Shown here in pieces: positions 7,351 to 11,432 of a DNA stretch of 11,432 nucleotides. The notes under the pieces were generated by a model. That model was not told where the DNA came from and did no database searches. It saw only the letters and a program-made list of their open reading frames with translations. This stretch comes from a virus. The DNA lies in the IMG/VR virus record IMGVR_UViG_3300046009_007268, positions 1 through 11,432 of that record. One strand, written 5' to 3'. A program made the translations under genes and the position numbers. Position 1 is the first letter of the stretch. Each line of letters begins with the position of its first letter.

Positions 7351-8055
7351 ACAGACACAGACCCGAAAAAGGCGTTTGGTGATATTGTGTTTGGTGATAT
7401 AAGTCAAGATGATTTCTTTAAAAAACTCGTTAAGTTACAGGGAAAAACTGGTTCTGAAAAGAATACGAAAATAGAAAAACAGATATTGTCATACATATTA
7501 CAATGGGTACGCACTCCTGATGGAACTATTTCAAACAATTTGTATAAAAATAAAGACTTGTTGAAAAATGCAAAAACTAAATTTCCATCTATATTTAAAC
7601 CAGAAACCCCGAATGGTACAGAAGTCTATCGAGGTTTACAAGATATTTCGAAGAATATTATTTCTCCTCTAAGAGAAAAATCTGACTATAATGATTATAC
7701 TAAATTAAAAATCGGAAAAGAAGTATTTTATAGATATGATAAACCAATATCGTATAAACCACACCGAGATGTTCAAAGTTGGACGTCTAATATAAATGTA
7801 TCTAAAAGATTTGGAGACCATGGTATACTTATTTCAGAACAAAATGATGAGTATTTTTTCAATCAAAAGGTAATGAATTATTTGTTTTCATTCACCAGTG
7901 GTAACGGAAAAGAAAACGAAATACTTCATTTTGGAAAAAAGTATTCCAAACCTGTATTCATAGCGGTAAGTTCAGAACTATTTTGGGAGAACATTATGGA
8001 CAGATTGCCTAACAGATTGTCCAACTACATTGAACCGGACGATGATGACTTATAG
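7321..8055 (+). CDS. Putative R-S-E type ADP-ribosyltransferase (T4 Alt/Mod-like, C3/iota-like motif set) with an N-terminal leader
   Basis: EVYRG (R104), QSWTSN (S153/T155/S156, STS-like) and KENEIL (E198-x-E200). The spacing is about 49 and 45 aa, comparable to R-S-E toxins. The N-terminus is MIKLKDILSE. Confidence 0.6.
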   Translation: MIKLKDILSETDTDPKKAFGDIVFGDISQDDFFKKLVKLQGKTGSEKNTKIEKQILSYILQWVRTPDGTISNNLYKNKDLLKNAKTKFPSIFKPETPNGTEVYRGLQDISKNIISPLREKSDYNDYTKLKIGKEVFYRYDKPISYKPHRDVQSWTSNINVSKRFGDHGILISEQNDEYFFNQKVMNYLFSFTSGNGKENEILHFGKKYSKPVFIAVSSELFWENIMDRLPNRLSNYIEPDDDDL

Positions 8056-8057
8056 AC

Positions 8058-8122
8058 GGACGATATTCCCCGTAGTTTCATATTTATAGGTAATGATAAA
8101 ACTAAAACACATATTAACAGAG
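8058..8122 (+). repeat. Junction repeat, copy 2
   Basis: See copy 1. It includes a relic reading ...TIFPVVSYL-stop (8060-8089) that parallels ...TKLPVVSYL-stop at 7288-7317, followed by ATG and MIKLKHILTE. Confidence 0.85.
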
Positions 8123-9091
8123 GCACTATCAGATATAGTCTGGCACTTCACATCACCCCAAGCTGCTAAGAAGATAATAGAGCAAAACAAGTTTGAGTTG
8201 AGCATAGTGAGTGGTGCAGATATATCAAAGTTTGGTGGTAATAAACAATACTACCTTTCAACCGCTCGCCAAAAGTGGGGTGGTTATGGTAAATCATATG
8301 ATTGCCGTCTTGAGTTGGACGGGAGAAAGTTATCACAACGATATAAGGGTGGTGCGATAGATTACTGGCAGATGGGACCACAAGGTACGGAATACGAAGA
8401 CCGTTTGTTTTCCAATGAACCAACAATTCCTAATGCAAAGAATTACATCAAACGTGTGGACTTGTTCCTAAATGCCTTTGTATACAGGAGTAATATGACT
8501 CAATTGACGGCTGTAATGGATGCCTGCCTAAAAGCAAACATCCAATGTTTTCTATTCAGAAATGAAAAGAAGTTTCAATTGGGTAGAGACGGAGAACTTG
8601 TGACAAAAGAAATAGCGGATTCTTTGAGACAACCAATTGACCCGAATGAAAGTCCATATGTTTCCATGCCACCTAATCCTGAAAGATTAGATAGGTTGGT
8701 TTATATCGCACAAGTCGTCGGTATATCAAAGGAAGAACTAAATACTATCTTCATGTCAAATCAAACAGCTGAGAAAGATTTCAACAGCAGAATGTTACAG
8801 ATGGAACCGGATGATCGTGGGAAGTATGGAACATATAAGGATTACATAGAATCTGGTTGGAAAGAATATGAAAGTAAGTTATGGAATATGAGACTGACTT
8901 TTGGAGGGATGGATGCTAAATCTGTAATAGATTCCGAGATACATAACGCAAAAAGAAAGATGGGGTCTATTGCCCGTGATATTTTGATTCGTATTTATCA
9001 AGAAGGTCGTAAGAATAAAATCACTCCGGATAAGATGATTCCGTTCATTATCCAAAAGGCAAAGGAAAACTCCGAACAAGAGAATGGATGA
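8093..9091 (+). CDS. Leader-bearing hypothetical protein; the N-terminal domain has an H-Y-E-like (PARP/DarT-type ART-like) triad
   Basis: 332-aa ORF. The leader MIKLKHILTE is followed by ALSDIVWHFTS (compare AFGDIVFGDIS in the 7321 gene). IVWHFTSPQAAKKIIEQNKF (H18), KQYYLSTARQK (Y53/Y54, S56) and TEYEDRLFS (E100/E102) follow the order and spacing of H-Y-E ART motifs. No family was recognised for the C-terminal ~200 aa. Confidence 0.65.
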   Translation: MIKLKHILTEALSDIVWHFTSPQAAKKIIEQNKFELSIVSGADISKFGGNKQYYLSTARQKWGGYGKSYDCRLELDGRKLSQRYKGGAIDYWQMGPQGTEYEDRLFSNEPTIPNAKNYIKRVDLFLNAFVYRSNMTQLTAVMDACLKANIQCFLFRNEKKFQLGRDGELVTKEIADSLRQPIDPNESPYVSMPPNPERLDRLVYIAQVVGISKEELNTIFMSNQTAEKDFNSRMLQMEPDDRGKYGTYKDYIESGWKEYESKLWNMRLTFGGMDAKSVIDSEIHNAKRKMGSIARDILIRIYQEGRKNKITPDKMIPFIIQKAKENSEQENG

Positions 9092-9191
9092 AAAAGAAAT
9101 TCTACATTTTGGTAAAAAATACTCCAACCCGATAACGATTGCAGTTGAATTCGCTACATATACTGAATATGTAAAGTTCTATACTAAATAA
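9084..9191 (+). pseudogene. Orphaned ART C-terminal fragment (ExE strand), out of frame with the 8093 gene
   Basis: The +1 frame reads MDEKEILHFGKKYSNPITIAVEFATYTEYVKFYTK. It aligns with residues 197-216 of the 7321 protein (KENEILHFGKKYSKPVFIAV), with 15 of 20 residues identical from the first E. Many differences are synonymous third-position changes (ata/att, ctt/cta, gga/ggt, aag/aaa, tat/tac, cct/ccg, gcg/gca, gta/gtt). Confidence 0.55.
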
Positions 9192-9230
9192 CAGATTGCC
9201 CACCACAAGGTAAATACATGGGAAGTTCGG

Positions 9231-9458
9231 ATGGCAATAGTAAAAAGACAAAAACTACGAGACAACCTCGCAAAAACTTGTTTGGTTTTAGGAACATTCT
9301 TCAATCCACTGGGCTTCGATGCAGCATTTTCCTTCGTGATGAAATTGACAGGAAGCTACTGGATTACAGACGTTATCTTCTATGGGGTTGCGCTGTTATT
9401 TTTTGGATTTTATTTCTTACTTTCCCGTAAGAAAACAAAACCTGAATCATATTTATAG
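9231..9458 (+). CDS. Small membrane protein with two predicted TM segments
   Basis: GGAAG lies 5 nt upstream of the ATG. Hydrophobic stretches CLVLGTFFNPLGFDAAFSFV and ITDVIFYGVALLFFGFYFLL are followed by the basic tail SRKKTK. It ends in SYL-stop, encoded by the TCATATTTATAG motif. Confidence 0.55.
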   Translation: MAIVKRQKLRDNLAKTCLVLGTFFNPLGFDAAFSFVMKLTGSYWITDVIFYGVALLFFGFYFLLSRKKTKPESYL

Positions 9459-9486
9459 AATATAACCATAGTATTTTTTGGAATAT

Positions 9487-9873
9487 ATGATGGAACTGAA
9501 TAAACAACGAATGATGAAACTTGCTGGTCTTTTGACTGAATCTATCAATGAGGCAGTAAAGGAAGTAAATTTTGGTAAAGATCCAAAGAAGTTTGCCAAG
9601 GAATATGATGGAAATAACATGATGTGGAAAGACACAACAATGTTCAGTAAGAAAGATGCAATGAACATTATGAAACAAGCTCTTCCTGATGGTTATAATG
9701 AATTCACTGCTGAATTGATTGACAAATTACCAGCAGATGCAAAGATTCAACTTGGTCGTGAATATAGTGTTTGTCTTTATGTAAAGACGAATACAAAACC
9801 AAGTAAAGCTTCTTTGAAGGCGGATGAACTTGATGAAGTAGAACCAGGTCTATACCGAATTTGGTGGGACTAA
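9487..9873 (+). CDS. Hypothetical protein with a leader-like N-terminus (..RMMKLAGLLTE)
   Basis: The first ATG in the ORF is at 9487 (the track start at 9478 is a TTG). Alternative ATGs at 9511 and 9514 would give MMKLAGLLTES or MKLAGLLTES. No family recognised. Confidence 0.6.
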   Translation: MMELNKQRMMKLAGLLTESINEAVKEVNFGKDPKKFAKEYDGNNMMWKDTTMFSKKDAMNIMKQALPDGYNEFTAELIDKLPADAKIQLGREYSVCLYVKTNTKPSKASLKADELDEVEPGLYRIWWD

Positions 9874-9890
9874 TACAATCGGAGCATGAA

Positions 9891-10238
9891 ATGAAATTAT
9901 CGTCAAGAAAACAATTACTTAGCGAGGCATCTCAAACACTTCAATCACTTCGTGAAGCTGAAGAAAAGATTAGCCAAAAAGTTGAAAACTCTGTAAAGAG
10001 AATGAGAGAAGCCACAAAGAAGGCAAATCGTTCAGAGGCTTTATTTGAACTCGCTAAACTTCTAGCAGAACAAAAGTATTCAAAGATACTTGACCACACT
10101 GCTGAAATCAGAAAGATTGCTGGAACTATGCCTTATGGTATTCAACAGTATGAAAATGAATTGATGACAGAGATGTTAGCCAAGGCAAAACAAAGATTCA
10201 ATGTGAAAGAATACGCCGCTATTTATTCGGCACTTTAA
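9891..10238 (+). CDS. Hypothetical helical protein with a leader-like N-terminus (MKLSSRKQLLSE)
   Basis: GGAG at 9881-9884 lies 6 nt before the ATG at 9891 (the track start at 9861 is a TTG that overlaps the previous gene). It is followed by a strong terminator. Confidence 0.65.
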   Translation: MKLSSRKQLLSEASQTLQSLREAEEKISQKVENSVKRMREATKKANRSEALFELAKLLAEQKYSKILDHTAEIRKIAGTMPYGIQQYENELMTEMLAKAKQRFNVKEYAAIYSAL

Positions 10239-10257
10239 GAAAATTACACACCAGTTC

Positions 10258-10297
10258 AAAAAGTCTCACATTTTCTTGGTGTGAGACTTTTTTATTT
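10258..10297 (+). terminator. Rho-independent terminator
   Basis: AAAAAGTCTCACA (10258-10270) pairs with TGTGAGACTTTTT (10280-10292), 13 bp with a 9-nt loop, followed by a T-run and ATTT. Confidence 0.8.
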
Positions 10298-10324
10298 GGA
10301 AATGTCAGATTTTTTTCGTATACT
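10296..10324 (+). promoter_or_regulatory. Candidate promoter TTGGAA-N17-TATACT
   Basis: TTGGAA at 10296-10301, a 17-nt spacer, TATACT at 10319-10324. It sits directly after a terminator and 29 nt before the ATG at 10353. Confidence 0.45.
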
Positions 10325-10352
10325 TGTATTCAATCAATTACAAGTTAATAAA

Positions 10353-10652
10353 ATGACACCGAGAAAACAAAAGAAAATTGACGAATTTCAAATGAAAGCA
10401 CTTGACGAAATGTTCCGTCGTGTTGGATTTGAAGGATATGACGAAGAGTTCGCTCAACAACCTTATTGGTTTACTAAACGTGAATGGACTCTTGAAGAAG
10501 ATGTTGATTTTACAAAGTGGTTCATTGACGAATATGTAAAGACATTCCGTGAACCAAAGTATATTGCAAAGGAAGTTGCAGGTTGGTTTGTATTTAACTA
10601 CGGTTGGAAAACAAAGAAGATGTATGATAAAGTAGATAATTTTATTCGGTAA
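10353..10652 (+). CDS. Hypothetical protein (99 aa)
   Basis: The track ORF begins at 10281, inside the terminator/promoter region. The first ATG downstream of the promoter is at 10353 (MTPRKQKKIDEF...). The protein is Trp/acidic-rich. No family recognised. Confidence 0.6.
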   Translation: MTPRKQKKIDEFQMKALDEMFRRVGFEGYDEEFAQQPYWFTKREWTLEEDVDFTKWFIDEYVKTFREPKYIAKEVAGWFVFNYGWKTKKMYDKVDNFIR

Positions 10653-10663
10653 GAAAAATAAAT

Positions 10664-10692
10664 TTGGAATTGTGGAATCTTTTTAGTATATT
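10664..10692 (+). promoter_or_regulatory. Candidate promoter TTGGAA-N17-TATATT
   Basis: TTGGAA at 10664-10669, a 17-nt spacer, TATATT at 10687-10692. GTATATTGTA is identical to the 10-mer at 1631-1640. Confidence 0.4.
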
Positions 10693-10713
10693 GTACATAC
10701 TTATTGATATAGA

Positions 10714-10890
10714 ATGGATTTAGACATAACTTTTAGGACAGGAAATTCGATGAACAACTCACTACATACATGGCAATCATATCCGGCGATGACACAACAA
10801 GTCACTCGCAAAGGAGCCATTTTTTGTGGTATCACATTTAATAGTGAGTATCTCCCAACATCAAAATCCTGTAAGTTGTCTATGACCTAA
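10714..10890 (+). CDS. Questionable 58-codon ORF (the region may instead be a non-coding transcript)
   Basis: An open ATG...TAA frame, verified codon by codon. It has no Shine-Dalgarno sequence and no recognisable protein features. It lies between candidate promoter 10664-10692 and terminator 10911-10950. Confidence 0.25.
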   Translation: MDLDITFRTGNSMNNSLHTWQSYPAMTQQVTRKGAIFCGITFNSEYLPTSKSCKLSMT

Positions 10891-10910
10891 TCAAAAAGAC
10901 ACACCAGTTC

Positions 10911-10950
10911 AGAAGGACTTACAGGATAAAACTTGTAAGTCCTTTTTGTT
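10911..10950 (+). terminator. Rho-independent terminator
   Basis: AGAAGGACTTACAGG (10911-10925) pairs with CTTGTAAGTCCTTTT (10932-10946), about 13-15 bp including G-U pairs, with a 6-nt loop ATAAAA. The T5 run is followed by GTT. Confidence 0.75.
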
Positions 10951-10963
10951 TATGTGGATAACT

Positions 10964-10994
10964 TTGTAAGTCCTTTGATTTCAAAGACTTACGG
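10964..10994 (+). other. Stable hairpin reusing the TGTAAGTCCTTT unit (no T-run)
   Basis: TTGTAAGTCCTTTGA (10964-10978) pairs with TCAAAGACTTACGG (10981-10994). There is one bulged C and a very small loop. Confidence 0.5.
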
Positions 10995-10999
10995 TGAAA

Positions 11000-11030
11000 A
11001 TCCAAATTATGACAAAAAATTAATTTGGAT
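11000..11030 (+). other. Perfect 10-bp inverted repeat hairpin
   Basis: ATCCAAATTA (11000-11009) and TAATTTGGAT (11021-11030) are separated by 11 nt. Confidence 0.5.
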
Positions 11031-11059
11031 ATATCGGAAAAATTCCATAGGTTTGTGTC

Positions 11060-11075
11060 TCCTTCTTCGGAAGGA
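11060..11075 (+). other. UUCG-tetraloop hairpin just upstream of the tRNA cluster
   Basis: TCCTTC-TTCG-GAAGGA: a 6-bp stem with a TTCG loop. Confidence 0.5.
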
Positions 11076-11101
11076 CGTTCATTGAAAACTTATTACGCCA
11101 A

Positions 11102-11185
11102 GCCGCGTCGGTGCAGTTAGAGAGGCACATCGGTCTGTAAAACCGATTCTATTCAGATGAGTAGGTGCGAATCCTACACGCGGCA
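11102..11185 (+). tRNA. tRNA-Tyr (GUA), class II with a long variable arm
   Basis: Acceptor GCCGCGT/ACGCGGC with discriminator A. D stem GTGC/GCAC. Anticodon stem TCGGT/ACCGA with loop CTGTAAA. 14-nt variable arm. T arm GTAGG-TGCGAAT-CCTAC; the G at T-loop position 55 is unusual. Confidence 0.8.
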
Positions 11186-11194
11186 CAAAATTAT

Positions 11195-11269
11195 GGGCTG
11201 GTAGTGCTAACGGGAACACACGGGTTTTGCAAACCTGAATTGAGGGTTCGATTCCCTCCTGGTCCACCA
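11195..11269 (+). tRNA. tRNA-Ala (UGC), with encoded CCA
   Basis: Acceptor GGGCTGG/CTGGTCC includes a G3:U70 wobble and discriminator A73, both Ala identity elements. Anticodon stem CGGGT/ACCTG with loop TTTGCAA. T arm GAGGG-TTCGATT-CCCTC. CCA is at 11267-11269. Confidence 0.8.
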
Positions 11270-11273
11270 TAAT

Positions 11274-11345
11274 GCCGAGATAGCTCAGTTGGTAGAGCGC
11301 CAGTTTGAAGCACTGGTAGCCGTGGTTCGATTCCACGTTTCGGCA
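11274..11345 (+). tRNA. tRNA-Phe (GAA)
   Basis: Acceptor GCCGAGA/TTTCGGC. D arm GCTC-AGTTGGTA-GAGC. Anticodon stem CCAGT/ACTGG with loop TTGAAGC. T arm CGTGG-TTCGATT-CCACG. Discriminator A. Confidence 0.85.
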
Positions 11346-11352
11346 CAAACAT

Positions 11353-11425
11353 CGCGGGGTAGGGAAGTGGCTAACCCGTCGGGCTCATAACCCGAAGATC
11401 GTGAGTTCGAATCTCACCTCCGCAA
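11353..11425 (+). tRNA. Initiator tRNA-fMet (CAU)
   Basis: The 5' end CGCGGGG and the anticodon arm TCGGGCTCATAACCCGA are identical to E. coli tRNA-fMet as recalled. There is a C1:A72 mismatch and three consecutive G:C pairs at the base of the anticodon stem. T arm GTGAG-TTCGAAT-CTCAC. CCA is not encoded. Confidence 0.8.
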
Positions 11426-11432
11426 CAATCAT

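Noticed and set aside
9083-9098. A programmed +1 frameshift at GGA-TGA-A joining the 8093 ORF to the ExE tail (RF2-like shift at a stop codon).
   Set aside because: After a +1 slip, GGA to GAU gives no P-site tRNA re-pairing. I also see no upstream SD-like stimulator at the right distance. A relic of cassette replacement, or a sequencing indel, is more parsimonious. It is retained as a check in the finding.
1538-9678. Fourteen minus-strand ORFs of 60-130 aa: 1538-1762, 1952-2146, 2711-2911, 2758-3009, 3922-4314, 4011-4205, 4900-5100, 5716-5913, 6243-6482, 7041-7223, 8166-8426, 8879-9127, 9373-9678 and 9453-9668.
   Set aside because: Each lies antisense within a longer + strand gene that has recognisable motifs or a better context. 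The translations are low-complexity, Leu/Phe/Ser-rich shadow-frame products with no RBS or family signal.
858-10352. Longer N-terminal extensions given by the ORF track: ATG 858, TTG 3073, TTG 9478, TTG 9861, and 10281.
   Set aside because: Downstream ATGs are better placed relative to GGAG-type SD sequences (870, 3085, 9891). In other cases the extension runs through a terminator/promoter (10281) or overlaps the previous gene (9861). The 858 start remains a possible alternative.
11195-11269. tRNA-Cys, from reading GCA in the anticodon loop TTTGCAA.
   Set aside because: With a 5-bp anticodon stem (CGGGT/ACCTG), positions 34-36 are TGC, not GCA. G3:U70 and A73 independently indicate Ala.
11079-11348. 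An 89-aa minus-strand ORF.
   Set aside because: It lies antisense to three well-folded tRNA genes, so it is an artefact of the GC-rich, stop-poor tRNA sequence.
1-11432. A CRISPR array, integrase/att sites, transposase, or retron/DGR-type elements.
   Set aside because: I saw no regularly spaced direct repeats of 24-40 nt, no recombinase or reverse-transcriptase-like ORFs, and no template/variable repeat pair. The only sizeable direct repeats are the 65-nt junction repeat and the NUMOD3 duplication.

Overview
All convincing genes lie on the + strand of AT-rich DNA, which looks like part of a tailed-phage genome. From left to right there are three blocks. (1) A replication and nucleotide-metabolism block: a 5'-truncated FEN/5'-3' exonuclease, a free-standing GIY-YIG/NUMOD3 homing endonuclease, a DnaB-like helicase, three ORFs of unclear function (one with motif-level resemblance to ATE/Bpt aminoacyl-tRNA-protein transferases), and a monomeric class II (RTPR-like) ribonucleotide reductase. 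(2) Small accessory genes, including a histone H1/Hc1-like protein and a DUF5522-like Cys-rich protein. (3) An accessory block (7.3-10.2 kb), followed by a structured non-coding region and four tRNA genes (Tyr, Ala, Phe, initiator Met). The accessory block is the most interesting part. It holds an R-S-E ADP-ribosyltransferase-like gene. Next to it is a second gene that reuses the same 5' junction and N-terminal leader (MIKLKxIL[S/T]E) but has a different roughly 1-kb body with an H-Y-E-like triad. After that gene's stop sits an orphaned, out-of-frame copy of the ART ExE C-terminal strand. Two further genes carry related leaders ending in L-L-[S/T]-E. This resembles the capsid-targeting propeptides and (L/I)-x-E protease sites of T4 Alt and the T4 internal proteins. 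It suggests a swappable array of virion-packaged, injected effectors. Recurrent cis motifs are also present: TTGG(A/T)A-N17-TATAYT, a strand-specific ATATTTAT, and a terminator module with a shared 13-mer. All family assignments come from motif recognition by eye; no searches were run.
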